A DNA stretch of 64,000 bases from Candidatus Obscuribacterales bacterium (GTDB taxonomy: Bacteria; Cyanobacteriota; Vampirovibrionia; Obscuribacterales; Obscuribacteraceae), in contig CBDDIJ010000003.1 in NCBI GenBank assembly GCA_965228855.1, forward strand, positions 2,912,001 to 2,976,000. The letters are read 5' to 3'. Of this stretch, positions 1 through 10,660 are shown one piece after another. Position numbers and translations under genes: made by a program. Below the pieces are notes generated by a model. It made no database searches. It was not told the DNA's origin and saw only the letters and a list, made by a program, of their open reading frames with translations. Position 1 is the first letter of the stretch; the number at the start of each line of letters is the position of its first letter.

Positions 1-120
1 TCTAACGTCGTCGACGCAGGCGATCACCAGGTAGTCATCGCCGAAGTCAAAGACGGCAAGTTACTCAACAAAGACTTGGAACCAATGACTCACCTCCGCA
101 ATAGCGGCTTCCAATACTAA
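1..120 (+). CDS. 3' end of flavin reductase-like domain protein (partial)
   Basis: Frame 1 reads SNVVDAGDHQVVIAEVKDGKLLNKDLEPMTHLRNSGFQY*. The GDH motif and HxRxSGxxY tail are typical of flavin reductase and flavodiiron C-terminal domains. Confidence 0.75.
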   Translation, partial: SNVVDAGDHQVVIAEVKDGKLLNKDLEPMTHLRNSGFQY

Positions 121-133
121 TCGAGGCTTTTCA

Positions 134-694
134 ATGAATATCCAATCGTTTTTGAAACCGACCACATCGTTGCTGTTGATTGTTGCATGCAGTTTCGCGC
201 TCAGCGGCTGTGGAGGCGGTTCTGAAGACGGCTGGAAGACCATAAATCCCCCGGGCACGCAATGCACCTTCGAACTTCCCGAGCCGGTCGAGAATCCGTC
301 TCGGGAAGGCTATAAGTTGTATCAAACTACATTCGGAGGACAGACTGGCGGCGATCCGGCAAAGGCGAAAACGATTCAAGTCGGAATTTTTCCAAGGACA
401 GGGCCGGTCGGCAGTCCGGAAGCCGAAGCAGAAATATTGAATCAGTTTGAAAAAGAATCGATTCCCCAATTTCAAAACAAATTGGTGGAACAGGGCTTCA
501 GCCCAACCCTCGAATTCCTCGGAGATCTGGCTGTCAAAGACGGGCTGGGACAGGAAATAAAAATCCTGGCGAACGGACCGTTTATAACTATGCTGTACTA
601 CATCACGCCTCGCGGAATGTACATGGTCAAAATCGACAATGCCGATGACACCGATCCGGTGATCAAGCGATTCATGGACTCTTTCGAGCCATAG
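134..694 (+). CDS. hypothetical lipoprotein
   Basis: 186-aa ORF with a hydrophobic N-terminus ending in the lipobox LSGC. Confidence 0.7.
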   Translation: MNIQSFLKPTTSLLLIVACSFALSGCGGGSEDGWKTINPPGTQCTFELPEPVENPSREGYKLYQTTFGGQTGGDPAKAKTIQVGIFPRTGPVGSPEAEAEILNQFEKESIPQFQNKLVEQGFSPTLEFLGDLAVKDGLGQEIKILANGPFITMLYYITPRGMYMVKIDNADDTDPVIKRFMDSFEP

Positions 695-752
695 ATTTAG
701 TTCGTTCGCTCAAATAAAGAAACTATCCAATTCGAGGCGCGTCGTAAACGAC

Positions 753-1694
753 TCAAGATGCGTTTGCGCTTATCGTCTGCCTATCCCCGAAAGTGCTGTC
801 GAGAACTTCCATCGCCTCCTCGTACCCCTGCCGGATCAGACGGCGCGAGCGTTCCGGATGTATGTCGAGGAGATTGGTGTTAACTGGCTTTCTGGGCTGA
901 AACACATGAATTTTGACGTTCTTTCTGCCGCGCGATTCGTCGGAACCGGAGGCGATAAGCCGATTGTAGAGCTCAGCTGTTTCAATCTCTTTGCGGGCTG
1001 AAGCTTCAAGGACGATGTCGAGGCAACGAACAAGCACCTCGAACATATTGACCGGGCAAACATTAATCTTCTCAGGATGGAGGAGAACCATGTAGACCTC
1101 GTCGGCGCCCATCTGTATCGCTGTCTCAACCGGCGTGTTACGCACTAGACCACCGTCGACCCAGAGTCCTTTGCCCTGGATATGGCGAGGAGGAAAAGCC
1201 ATCGGAATAGCCGAAGTCGCCATCAACACATCGATCAGTTCGTTAGTTGAAACAATATCGTCGATCGTAATTAACCGCGTTTCCAAACTGCAGAGGTCGG
1301 TTGTACACCAGCCAATTTTGGTTTTGCTCGCTTTGAGCTTTTGCAAATCGACTTCCCGACGAAGAACATCCTCGAGCGGACGCGTATCGAGCAAGCCCAG
1401 TTTATGCCCTAAAACAAGCCTTCCGATCTGATGAGCGGAAGGCAAAGAAAAAACGTCTTTTCCACGGATGTTGCACCATAGATCCTCAAGGCGCTTCATA
1501 TTTCCCTGCGCCATTAAGGTGGCATTGATGCCGCCGATGCTGGTCCCGAAAGCCAGATCGAACTCGATTCCTCGTTCTTGAAGAGCTTTCGAGACTCCGA
1601 CCTGGTAGGCTCCGCGACCGCCGCCACCTGGAAGGACAAGAGCACGAAAGGGTCGGTCGCCATTTTTGGAGCCGTTGTCTTCTGGTGTTGCCAT
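753..1694 (-). CDS. patatin-like phospholipase
   Basis: GGGGRG oxyanion loop, GTSIG nucleophile motif and DGG catalytic Asp motif. Confidence 0.9.
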   Translation of the reverse strand: MATPEDNGSKNGDRPFRALVLPGGGGRGAYQVGVSKALQERGIEFDLAFGTSIGGINATLMAQGNMKRLEDLWCNIRGKDVFSLPSAHQIGRLVLGHKLGLLDTRPLEDVLRREVDLQKLKASKTKIGWCTTDLCSLETRLITIDDIVSTNELIDVLMATSAIPMAFPPRHIQGKGLWVDGGLVRNTPVETAIQMGADEVYMVLLHPEKINVCPVNMFEVLVRCLDIVLEASARKEIETAELYNRLIASGSDESRGRKNVKIHVFQPRKPVNTNLLDIHPERSRRLIRQGYEEAMEVLDSTFGDRQTISANAS

Positions 1695-1928
1695 GCTGCC
1701 TGTCTCTCTGAGTTCCTAAATCCTTATCCCAGTCTATCCTATAACAACTATTGTGAGTCGTTAATAGCTCCAGAAAAATTTTGGCAGCTCCGGATGTGCC
1801 GAATAACGCCGTGTGTCATACTTGTGCGGTTCAGAGAGACCGAGCACTTTTGAATTTCTCTTCCGACAAAACGGTCGCTTATTGTAGACGTACGCAGCAA
1901 AGTTTATACCTCAGTGCCAACATCGGAT

Positions 1929-2513
1929 ATGTCGTCGTCAACCAACATTCAGAACTTTGCGGACCGCCAGGAAGATACGGTCAGGGTGATCGTTCAGCGT
2001 TTAATCTTTATATCGAGCGCAGTAATCTTCTCCTGGTTCGTCCTCGCAATGATTCTGCACTTCACCTCGTTTCCCGCATTGCAACCGCCCCCGGACGGGC
2101 AGCCCGTCCAGGGTCCGGCCATCTTGAGCGTGAGAATTGGGGCGGGACTGCTGATTACTCATTATCTCGCCACCACTTTCATTCAGATGTTCGCAGCGCG
2201 CCGTTTGGTACGAGGTCGGCTGATAAGTAACACCATGTTTGGTGGCTTGATTTTGGCCATCTGTGTAGCCATCTCGATTGCTGCCAATCTCATACCACCA
2301 GATGCGATACCATATCTCAAGCAGGCCATCGCAATTGCCTATGGACCGTCATTTGTGATCGCAAACTTTTTGCTCTGCACGCTGTGCGGTTTTTTCGTCT
2401 ATAGATTTAGAGAGCTACCTCTTGCATGCATGATTGAACTTTACTGGAGCCTCGGTCTGATGTTTCTTCTCGGACTTGCAATCGCTTTGCTTATGGCTAT
2501 TGCTCAAGCTTGA
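1929..2513 (+). CDS. hypothetical integral membrane protein
   Basis: About 5 hydrophobic segments. Start taken at ATG 1929; the ORF opens at GTG 1914. Confidence 0.6.
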   Translation: MSSSTNIQNFADRQEDTVRVIVQRLIFISSAVIFSWFVLAMILHFTSFPALQPPPDGQPVQGPAILSVRIGAGLLITHYLATTFIQMFAARRLVRGRLISNTMFGGLILAICVAISIAANLIPPDAIPYLKQAIAIAYGPSFVIANFLLCTLCGFFVYRFRELPLACMIELYWSLGLMFLLGLAIALLMAIAQA

Positions 2514-2699
2514 AACGTAAAACCATTGCAAAATAATCGTTCAGCGAAGCTTAATGGATCGCGCAACTCCAGAGCAGTCCAAGAATTCAGCCCTTTCCAG
2601 CTAATTGAAGATATCTTGAGAACATAACTTCAATTAGGAATTTAGCCATTGCCCACGTGTTAGTCTGAACAGACTCGCTTAAGAGTCACTGCAAGCGGA

Positions 2700-3476
2700 G
2701 TGGAATCAATGGACGATCAAGACATCAAAGAAGCACTTCTGCGGCTGGAAGAACGACAGGAAAAAATCCTGGCAGAGTACGCAGCCGCCAACAAGAAGAG
2801 GGATTTGTGGGACAAGATTTCCGCGATCAGTCCAATTATCTCCGGTATGGCAATTGCCTTGAGCGCCTTGCTGTGCACATATCAATACAATCAACAACAG
2901 ATTAAACTGCAAGAAGCTCAAACTGTGGAGCGATTCATTCCTCACTTGATGGGAAATGATACAAGTAAGCGCATGGCGATTCTGGCTATGAAAACGCTCG
3001 TCAATACCGACCTGGCCGCAAAGTACGCAGCTATGTTTCCCAGTGAGGGAACGATGTCTGCGTTAAAACAGATTGCAAAAACCGGCGATCGCCAGGACAA
3101 AGAAATCATCTACAAATACCTCCAAAAGGCGGAAGACGATCAGAATAATAAACCGAAAGTTGCCGATCAAAGTTCAGAACAGACCCAAAGCGAAACTACT
3201 GCAGCACCTGCGCATACAGATCAGCCGCAACAATTGGGAGCCTCCGTTGCGCCAGCAGACACGACGGACGCCGCGAAGGTAGATGCCACCATCCCTGGTG
3301 ACAAAGTGAAAACCCAATCGCGCCCCTATTTCACAGAGGAAACTGGAACCTTCGACGCGCCAAAACACGAAGTCGACACTGGTAAACCGATGCACCAAGA
3401 CAAGATGGGACATCCGGACAGATCGTCTTCCAAGATTCCGTCGACAACCGGCGATGAAAATTCGTACGATCTCTAA
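2700..3476 (+). CDS. hypothetical membrane-anchored protein
   Basis: Coiled-coil N-terminus, one hydrophobic segment, helical core and low-complexity tail. Confidence 0.6.
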   Translation: MESMDDQDIKEALLRLEERQEKILAEYAAANKKRDLWDKISAISPIISGMAIALSALLCTYQYNQQQIKLQEAQTVERFIPHLMGNDTSKRMAILAMKTLVNTDLAAKYAAMFPSEGTMSALKQIAKTGDRQDKEIIYKYLQKAEDDQNNKPKVADQSSEQTQSETTAAPAHTDQPQQLGASVAPADTTDAAKVDATIPGDKVKTQSRPYFTEETGTFDAPKHEVDTGKPMHQDKMGHPDRSSSKIPSTTGDENSYDL

Positions 3477-3477
3477 G

Positions 3478-4386
3478 TCACGTCCCGTTTTTTTGCGGAG
3501 AATTAGAATCTCTTGCAGGCGGTTTCGTCGTGCCTGACGGTTTCGAAGACGGGGCACCGTAGTTTCGAATGTACAGATTCGTGCCGCGCGGATCGAGCTT
3601 TGGTGCGCTCTTAGAATTCTTTTCCATCATCAAAGATTTCAAAGAGTCAGCTGTATCATGCACGCCACTGGATTTCTTGACGATGTTGCCCATCCGACGA
3701 TTTTTCTCTTCGATCAGTTGCTTAGTGTGATTCAAATGATTCATGGCTTCCGAGGTCAAATGCAGGTCTTCAGGATTGGCGCGCAATAACGCGTCGACTA
3801 CCGAATTGCGAGACTTGGCGATGTTTTCGTCTTGAATGCGAACCATCTCGATATCCTTCGGCGATAAATTCTTCACGTCAAATGCAGCATCGGCAGCCTG
3901 TTTTCTAAGCAGTTCGAGAGACTTTTCGAAAACCGGGTCGATCTTCGGCTCTTGCTTTGTGTTTTTCTTAGGCTCGACACGCTTAGTGACATTGTCGTCA
4001 TAGTTGTCGGCGCCCATGTACGAAAGTGCAAGATGCGAAAGCATACCAGCCTCTTCTTTTGGCGCTAGAGCGTATGCAATCCTGAATTCTCTGATCGCCG
4101 ATTCGCGCTGACGCATTCCAACGAGAGCATTCGCCATGTAATAGTGCAAGGTGGCATTATCGAAATCAGTGTTCAATGCCAATGCAAATTCGGTCATAGA
4201 ACCGCGGAAGTTCCCCTTCTTATAAAGCTCAATGCCGTCCTTCAAATGCGGATTGCGATTACTATGTTTTGCCACGGGCGGTGTTCCATCTACAGCCTGC
4301 GCCGAGGCGGAAAACAGAATGAAAACCGCCGGTACGCCAATCACTAGCAGCGATAGTTCGCGGTTAGCATGACTTCCTTTACTCAT
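3478..4386 (-). CDS. secreted TPR-containing hypothetical protein
   Basis: Signal peptide ending ASAQA, followed by TPR-like helices (LKDGIELYKKGNF..., HYYMANAL..., AIREFRIAYALAP). Confidence 0.7.
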   Translation of the reverse strand: MSKGSHANRELSLLVIGVPAVFILFSASAQAVDGTPPVAKHSNRNPHLKDGIELYKKGNFRGSMTEFALALNTDFDNATLHYYMANALVGMRQRESAIREFRIAYALAPKEEAGMLSHLALSYMGADNYDDNVTKRVEPKKNTKQEPKIDPVFEKSLELLRKQAADAAFDVKNLSPKDIEMVRIQDENIAKSRNSVVDALLRANPEDLHLTSEAMNHLNHTKQLIEEKNRRMGNIVKKSSGVHDTADSLKSLMMEKNSKSAPKLDPRGTNLYIRNYGAPSSKPSGTTKPPARDSNSPQKNGT

Positions 4387-4473
4387 AGTTCGAAAACCCT
4401 GGTGTCGCTAACTGGCTTCACTGTTATTCCCAAGATCTCTGGTCTATCCACCTTCAATCACTGGAGCGTTTCT

Positions 4474-5616
4474 CTAACGACCGCGCGGATTATGATCTAC
4501 AAGGGCCGAGAGAAACGATTGCACAGGCGAATAGCCGGCAGTGATGCTGCCTTCTTCATCGGCATCGAAATCTTCGTCATACCCATCTTGCCGTCGCGGC
4601 GCGAAATCATCATCGCCACCACCGCCGGTGCGCTTGGCTCGAAATACGAACTTATCATGCCCGCAATGCTCGCACACGACTTCGGTGGAACCGGATGACT
4701 CGCGAAGCACGACGTGCTTTCCCGTGGGAGAGCGCTCTCCGGAAACTTCCGGCTCGAAGGAACTATCTCCGTCATCAGAATCAGCGAGTAAGTTGCGCTC
4801 TGTACGCTCCTGATTTCGCCGAACCAGGCGTTTTCTTCGCGAAATTCCGCTTGCTCTGCGTTTGTCCATTTTATGTTTGTGTCGATTGATAGCATCGCCG
4901 AAAGCGGCAGCGAGAATACCGGCGGGCATAGCGATTAAACCGATACCGGCAAGCGCAGTTATACCGCTCACAACCTTCCCGAGCACGGTCTGCGGGAAAA
5001 CATCACCGTAGCCCACCGTTGTGAGTGTGATGATGCCCCACCATAGAGCACGTGGAATGCTGCGAAAATTGTCATCAGGCTCCACCACCCACATGATCGT
5101 AGATGCGCCCAATAGCACAAGACAGGTGAGTATCAGTGAAAAGACCAGCTCATGGCGGCGGCTGAATACAGCTTCGCGGACCAGTTGAAACGCCTGCGAA
5201 TAGCGCGCAGCCTTTGCTAAAGCCAGGATTCTAAATAATCGAATAAAGCGTGCGACGAAGAGATTGGAACTACTGGTTACGAAGAACGGCACGATAACCA
5301 GCAAATCAATAAGCGCATATGGCGTGACCATGTATCGGAGTCGCCCGATGAAACCTCGATATTTCTTGCGCTCGCCGACACTCCAGAGACGAAGCGCGTA
5401 TTCGACAGCGAAGAAACAGCCGGCGATAAAATCGAGCGATCTAAAAGTATGTTTGTACTGAATGTAGAACGGCTTCTCTGTTTCGATAATAACCAGAAAC
5501 ACGCTGAGACAAATGACCGTGAAGATCAGTTTGTTCAACAGTGATAAGCCTTCATGTTCCCAAGAACGCTGATAAAGCTGTTTGTAGACTATTCGGCGCA
5601 GGGACATCCGTTCCAA
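4474..5616 (-). CDS. 6-TM voltage-gated-type potassium channel
   Basis: TTVGYGD selectivity filter, S4-like RFIRLFRILALAKAAR and six hydrophobic segments. Confidence 0.9.
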   Translation of the reverse strand: MERMSLRRIVYKQLYQRSWEHEGLSLLNKLIFTVICLSVFLVIIETEKPFYIQYKHTFRSLDFIAGCFFAVEYALRLWSVGERKKYRGFIGRLRYMVTPYALIDLLVIVPFFVTSSSNLFVARFIRLFRILALAKAARYSQAFQLVREAVFSRRHELVFSLILTCLVLLGASTIMWVVEPDDNFRSIPRALWWGIITLTTVGYGDVFPQTVLGKVVSGITALAGIGLIAMPAGILAAAFGDAINRHKHKMDKRRASGISRRKRLVRRNQERTERNLLADSDDGDSSFEPEVSGERSPTGKHVVLRESSGSTEVVCEHCGHDKFVFRAKRTGGGGDDDFAPRRQDGYDEDFDADEEGSITAGYSPVQSFLSALVDHNPRGR

Positions 5617-5793
5617 AATCCAGCCAGAACTGAAGGGCTCATTATCCTATATCTTTGAAACCCTGTCGAGGCGCCTAGTTTAACGCAATTAAATGAACAG
5701 GCGAGCACCTGCTTTTCACCCGCTACTTTTGTTTACGAAGCGCTAATCTGCGAAACCTCGTGGCCGGTCACGCATCAACCTCGCAAGAGATCA

Positions 5794-5820
5794 GAAACGG
5801 CAGACCGAAGCCTGCCGTTC
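5794..5820 (-). terminator. probable terminator hairpin after sucD
   Basis: Minus strand reads gaacggcaggc-TTCG-gtctgccgtttc: a GC-rich stem with a UUCG loop and a short U tract. Confidence 0.55.
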
Positions 5821-5848
5821 CCACACTATTCTATTTTCCTAATTGCGC

Positions 5849-6730
5849 TCAGGCTTTGGCAGGCGTCTTCAGCAGGTCACCTGCTAGTTTTGCCACTTCA
5901 GCCGGCGTGAGAGCGACGTGCATGCCGTTAGCTTTGAATGCTGCGAGTTTGCTGTCCGCCGTTCCCTTGCCACCGGATATGATGGCACCTGCGTGGCCCA
6001 TACGTTTTCCGGGAGGAGCGGTTTGTCCGGCGATGAAGCCGACAACCGGTTTCTTCACGTTCTTCTTGATGAACTCGGCGGCTGCTTCCTCGGCGGTTCC
6101 GCCAATTTCTCCGACGAGTACGATGACATCGGTGTCTTTGTCATCGTTGAACATTTGAAGCAGTTCCTGATAGCCCATGCCCTTGATCGGGTCGCCGCCG
6201 ATGCCGACGCAGGTGCTCTGACCGAGACCGGCATCAGTAAGTGCAAGCGCGATTTCATAGGTGAGCGTTCCAGAACGGCTGATCATGCCGACTTTGCCAG
6301 GCGAGAAGATTTGACCTGGAAGGATGCCTATCAAGCACTGACCCGGTGTGATAACGCCAGGGCAGTTGGGACCGACCAGACGCGCGCCTTTCGCTTTGAC
6401 GGCGGCGACGAGTTTAGCAGTATCCTGCGGAGGCATGCCTTCGGTGATGAGCACGAGCAATTCGACGCCTGCATCGAGCGCCTCAAGACCGGCATCCAGT
6501 GCCAGGTATGGTGGCACGAAGATGACGCTGGTCGTGGCGCCTGTTGTCTCAACAGCTTCTCTTACGCTGTCGAAAACGGGCAGACCATGAACTTCCGTGC
6601 CGCCCTTGCCAGGTGTGACGCCGGCAACAATTTTGGTTCCATACGCAATCATGCGCTTCATGTGCGAGGAGCCCATCTTGCCTGTAGCCCCTTGAACAAT
6701 CACTTTAGTGTTCTTATCGATGAGAATCAC
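5849..6730 (-). CDS. sucD: succinyl-CoA synthetase alpha subunit
   Basis: [29 protein letters not shown] and the phospho-His motif RMGHAGA. Confidence 0.97.
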   Translation of the reverse strand: MILIDKNTKVIVQGATGKMGSSHMKRMIAYGTKIVAGVTPGKGGTEVHGLPVFDSVREAVETTGATTSVIFVPPYLALDAGLEALDAGVELLVLITEGMPPQDTAKLVAAVKAKGARLVGPNCPGVITPGQCLIGILPGQIFSPGKVGMISRSGTLTYEIALALTDAGLGQSTCVGIGGDPIKGMGYQELLQMFNDDKDTDVIVLVGEIGGTAEEAAAEFIKKNVKKPVVGFIAGQTAPPGKRMGHAGAIISGGKGTADSKLAAFKANGMHVALTPAEVAKLAGDLLKTPAKA

Positions 6731-6778
6731 TTCTGTTCTCCTTGTGGTTTCTCTTCAGTTTCAACAAAATTTTCGGAC

Positions 6779-7918
6779 CTAGGCTTTAGCGCCAACCGGT
6801 TTCTTACTGACCTTATTTGCGGCCTCGACTGCTGCCTTCACGGCAGTCTCGATGTCCGGAATAAGTTTCAAACCGGATTCAGCAAGAATTTTTTCTGCCA
6901 GATCCTGGTTGTTGCCTCTGAGACGAACCACGAGAGTGCGCTCAGGATATTTCTTGATAAACGAAACAAGCGCTTTTGCCACTTCATCGCAGGCGGTGAT
7001 GCCACCGAGGATGTTGAGCAGCATGACGTCGCATTCAGGGTTGCTGTTTACTATTTCGAGCGCTTCAAGAGTTTTTTCAGTGTCGGAACCGCCGCCGACA
7101 TCGAGGAAGTTGCCGGGCTCGCCGCCGAACTTCTTGACCATGTCCATCGTGGCCATCGTCAATCCAGCGCCATTGCAAAGGATTCCGATGTTGCCGTCGA
7201 GTTCGACCAGGTTCAATCCGATCATTTTGCAACGGCGTTCACGCTCGCTGACGTCGAGGAGGTGGCGTTCTTGCCAGCCGTCGAAGTAGCGTTGGCGACC
7301 GATCGAGTCGTCGTTGACGGTAATTTTGCCGTCCAGCGCCAGAACCTCTTCGCCTTCGGTTACGAGAAGCGGGTTGATTTCAGCAAGATCGAGATCTTTC
7401 GATTCGAAGATTTTGTACAGCTTGGTGGCGACGTCGGCGACTTTAACCAGAAGGTTGCCTTTGAAACCAAGTTGTCTAGCCAATTCACGACCGACATACG
7501 GATGATAGGGATTTGGAATCGGCATCGTGATTACTTTGTCGGACGATTCGATTTCGATACCACCTTCAGCCGAAGCGATGAAAATGGGGCAGCCGCGCTC
7601 ACGGTCAAGGGTGACTGCAAGGTAAAGTTCTCTATGGATGTTCAGCTTGGGTTCGACCAACAAGCTTTCCGTCTTAGAACCCTTGATTACCATTTTAAGG
7701 AGCTCAGCAGCTTTCTCCTTGCCTTCCTTCAGGTTGTTGGCGAATTGAATACCGCCAGCCTTACCACGACCGCCTGAAAGTACCTGGACTTTCAAAGTGA
7801 CCGGAAAACCGAAGTGCACTTTGGCGAGCTCTTCCGGTTTTGTGATTCTGTGGGACGGAGGTACTGTAATGCCCCCTTCCGAGAAAATTTTCTTTGCTTC
7901 GTACTCGTACAGATCCAA
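6779..7918 (-). CDS. sucC: succinyl-CoA synthetase beta subunit
   Basis: LYEYEAK, KVQVLSGGRGKAGGI, EINPL, NGAGLTMATMD and NFLDVGGG motifs. TTG start at 7918 with a GAGGA RBS. Confidence 0.96.
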   Translation of the reverse strand: MDLYEYEAKKIFSEGGITVPPSHRITKPEELAKVHFGFPVTLKVQVLSGGRGKAGGIQFANNLKEGKEKAAELLKMVIKGSKTESLLVEPKLNIHRELYLAVTLDRERGCPIFIASAEGGIEIESSDKVITMPIPNPYHPYVGRELARQLGFKGNLLVKVADVATKLYKIFESKDLDLAEINPLLVTEGEEVLALDGKITVNDDSIGRQRYFDGWQERHLLDVSERERRCKMIGLNLVELDGNIGILCNGAGLTMATMDMVKKFGGEPGNFLDVGGGSDTEKTLEALEIVNSNPECDVMLLNILGGITACDEVAKALVSFIKKYPERTLVVRLRGNNQDLAEKILAESGLKLIPDIETAVKAAVEAANKVSKKPVGAKA

Positions 7919-8303
7919 TGTCCTGTCCTCTTGTGTGAAACCGTTGACGGCGGTCGACGCCGCCACAGACGAAATACTTTAATGGAAATGAGACTCAGAG
8001 CCTTGAAACTTTTGGAAAACAGTAATGTTTCATGTGGCAAATCGAAACTTATGCGGCAAGCGGGCGTATAGCATCACAATTCGTTTCCGCTTTCGTAATA
8101 ATGCGGAACTATCGACTCAAGCCACGAGGCAAGCCAAGTATACTGGTCTGGACGCGAAGCAAAGTCCACTGACGATGCGGCTTGGTCGCATTTCAGCCTT
8201 CTGTAACTTTGCGCGGACGCTTTCAACTTCGAAATACTAAGAGCCAGCAAGCCCTTGGCTTCCGGAACATCATCACAAACGACTTTTGAGAGGCAAAACA
8301 GTT

Positions 8304-9335
8304 ATGCGCATTGGACTCCTTACTGGCGGCGGCGATTGCCCCGGTTTGAATGCGGTGATAAGAGCAGTCGTGCGACACAGCATCAAAGGATATAGTTCCG
8401 AAGTCGTTGGATTTCTAGAGGGCTGGCGAGGGCCGGTAGACAACCTGAGTATGCCGCTTACGCTGAGAACGACCGATTCGATCATTAACAGAGGCGGCAC
8501 CATTCTCAGAACATCGCGCACAAACCCATTCAAGATGGACCGCGGCGCAGAGCGCATATTCGAGAACATGGAGCGCCACAACCTGGGAGCGATTATCGCA
8601 GTCGGCGGCGAGGAGACCTGCAGCGTTGCCAACAAACTCCACAAAGAACACAATCTTCCAGTAGTAGCCGTTCCCAAGACAATCGACAATGATTTGAACG
8701 CCACCGACTTCTCCTTCGGCTTTGATACGGCTGTGAACGTCGTGGCCGAGGCCATCGACCGCCTTCACACAACTGCCGAATCACATAATCGCGTCCTCGT
8801 TTGCGAAGTGATGGGCAGACACGCCGGATGGATCGCCTGCTATGGCGGTATCGCAGGTGGTGCGGATTTCATTCTTGTTCCAGAAAAACCGATTGTAATA
8901 CCGGAAGTAATCGAAGCTATCAAAAAGTCACACGCCCGTGGAAGAGACTACTCAATCGTGGTGGTCGCGGAAGGAGCGCGGTTTGATTCAGACAAACCGG
9001 CCGCCGATTCGGAAGAGGAGAACGGAAGCCGCTCCAACGGTTTTAACGGCATAGGTGAAAGGCTTGCCAAAATTATCAATGAGGAAACCGGCTACGAGAC
9101 TCGCGCAACAACGCTCGGTCACATTCAGCGCGGAGGCTCGCCAACAGCCTTCGACCGAGTACTTGCCACCAGATTTGGTGTTCATGCCGTGGACCTGGTT
9201 CACCAGGGCAAATTCGGTCGCATGGTAGCACTTCATGGCGGCGAAATCACGGACGTGCCGGTTGAGGACGCGGTCGATAAGCTGAAAACACTGGACCTTG
9301 GTCTCTACAAGGTCGCAGAAGTTTTCTTCGGCTAA
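8304..9335 (+). CDS. pfkA: 6-phosphofructokinase (PfkA family, group III-like)
   Basis: GGDCPGLN, GGTILRTSR, PKTIDND, EVMGRHAGW and LGHIQRGG motifs. Confidence 0.93.
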   Translation: MRIGLLTGGGDCPGLNAVIRAVVRHSIKGYSSEVVGFLEGWRGPVDNLSMPLTLRTTDSIINRGGTILRTSRTNPFKMDRGAERIFENMERHNLGAIIAVGGEETCSVANKLHKEHNLPVVAVPKTIDNDLNATDFSFGFDTAVNVVAEAIDRLHTTAESHNRVLVCEVMGRHAGWIACYGGIAGGADFILVPEKPIVIPEVIEAIKKSHARGRDYSIVVVAEGARFDSDKPAADSEEENGSRSNGFNGIGERLAKIINEETGYETRATTLGHIQRGGSPTAFDRVLATRFGVHAVDLVHQGKFGRMVALHGGEITDVPVEDAVDKLKTLDLGLYKVAEVFFG

Positions 9336-9352
9336 AAACTTTTACTCAACTC

Positions 9353-10459
9353 ATGGCAGAACTTTCAGCAGACGAGAAATTCATGAAACAGTGCTTCAGT
9401 CTAGCGCTGAAGGCTGAAGGTAGAACGGCGCCCAATCCGATTGTCGGCGCGGTCGTTGTTCAATCTGATGGAACCGTAGTCGGCAGCGGATATCATCCAA
9501 AACACGGCCAGCCGCATGCCGAAGTCTTCGCCCTCGACGAAGCCGGCGACCGAGCTCAGGGTGCCACGATATATGTAAGTCTCGAGCCATGCTGCCATCA
9601 TGGCAAAACACCGCCATGCACCGACAAGGTCATCGCCAGCGGTGTCAAGAAAGTTGTCGCGGCAATGACCGATCCCAATCCGAAGGTCGGCGGTAATGGT
9701 TTCGAAAAGCTTCGCGCTGCCGGAATCGAAGTTGTTACTGGTGTTTTGGAACAAGAGGCGCAGTGGTTGAACCGCGCTTTTGTGAAGACGATTAGAACGG
9801 GCATGCCATGGGTCGTGCTAAAAATTGCAGCGACTCTTGATGGAAAAATTGCCGATCGGACCAACACAAGCAAATGGATAACCGGTCCGGAAGCGCGTCA
9901 TTATGTGCATGAATTGAGAAACAGACTGGACTGTGTCCTTGTCGGAAGCAATACGGCAAGAATTGATAATCCCGAATTGAACGTGCGCGAATTGAATGAG
10001 TTTCGCCATCCTAAACGGGCTGTGATAGACACCAATCTGAGTTTGAAACCAACGGCGCGCTTATTCGACAGCAGCACCGGAGGCGATACCATTGTTTACT
10101 GTTCCGACCGTACAGAAACTCAAGCCAAACTTCCGGACTCCGTACAGGTGGTTTCGCTCCGCGAAACTTCCAGCGACGGCTGCAACCGATTGGACCTGCA
10201 AGAATTACTCAAAGACCTGCGCACTCGGGGCGTTTCATCAGTATTGTGCGAAGGTGGCGGCGCCCTCGCCGGCAGTCTTGTGGACCAAGATCTTGTGGAC
10301 GAGATAATTTGGATTGTCGCCCCTTCAATTCTTGGAGACGTCGAATCGGTCCCGGGCATCCGCATTGAGAAACAGATTGCTCTGGCAAACATGAAGCGCT
10401 ACCGCTTGATTGAATCCATTCGCCTCGGAGACGACATGGCAATTCACTTAACGCGCTAA
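9353..10459 (+). CDS. ribD: riboflavin biosynthesis deaminase/reductase
   Basis: PNPIVGAV, HAE and LEPCCHHGKTPPC zinc motifs; reductase domain with KIAATLDGKIA, WIT and EGGG. Confidence 0.96.
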   Translation: MAELSADEKFMKQCFSLALKAEGRTAPNPIVGAVVVQSDGTVVGSGYHPKHGQPHAEVFALDEAGDRAQGATIYVSLEPCCHHGKTPPCTDKVIASGVKKVVAAMTDPNPKVGGNGFEKLRAAGIEVVTGVLEQEAQWLNRAFVKTIRTGMPWVVLKIAATLDGKIADRTNTSKWITGPEARHYVHELRNRLDCVLVGSNTARIDNPELNVRELNEFRHPKRAVIDTNLSLKPTARLFDSSTGGDTIVYCSDRTETQAKLPDSVQVVSLRETSSDGCNRLDLQELLKDLRTRGVSSVLCEGGGALAGSLVDQDLVDEIIWIVAPSILGDVESVPGIRIEKQIALANMKRYRLIESIRLGDDMAIHLTR

Positions 10460-10660
10460 TAAGAAGTCGCCACGATTTCGATATCGGACGAAAGTTTCGA
10501 TTGAGAATTCGATGTGTTTTTTCTAAGAAACGGCTTGTCGAGGCCGGCACTTGATAATTCGATTCGACTCGTGACATCCACGGGACAATACCCAAATCAG
10601 TTGCTATAGTTGCTAACTCGATATCTACACCAGCCGTTGAACCACCAGGGGTAAGGCAAA

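Noticed and set aside
6731..6781. Possible sucC-sucD readthrough fusion (genes are in frame)
   Set aside because: A second in-frame stop (TGA) follows the TAG, and sucD has its own RBS.
5918..7777. 619-aa ORF antisense to sucD and sucC
   Set aside because: It lies codon-aligned opposite two highly conserved, mutually in-frame genes. This is the usual shadow ORF produced by codon bias, and it has no recognisable motifs.
8026..8041. parS-like word tgtttcatgtggcaaa
   Set aside because: Four mismatches to TGTTTCACGTGAAACA with a broken right arm, and no other copies noticed.
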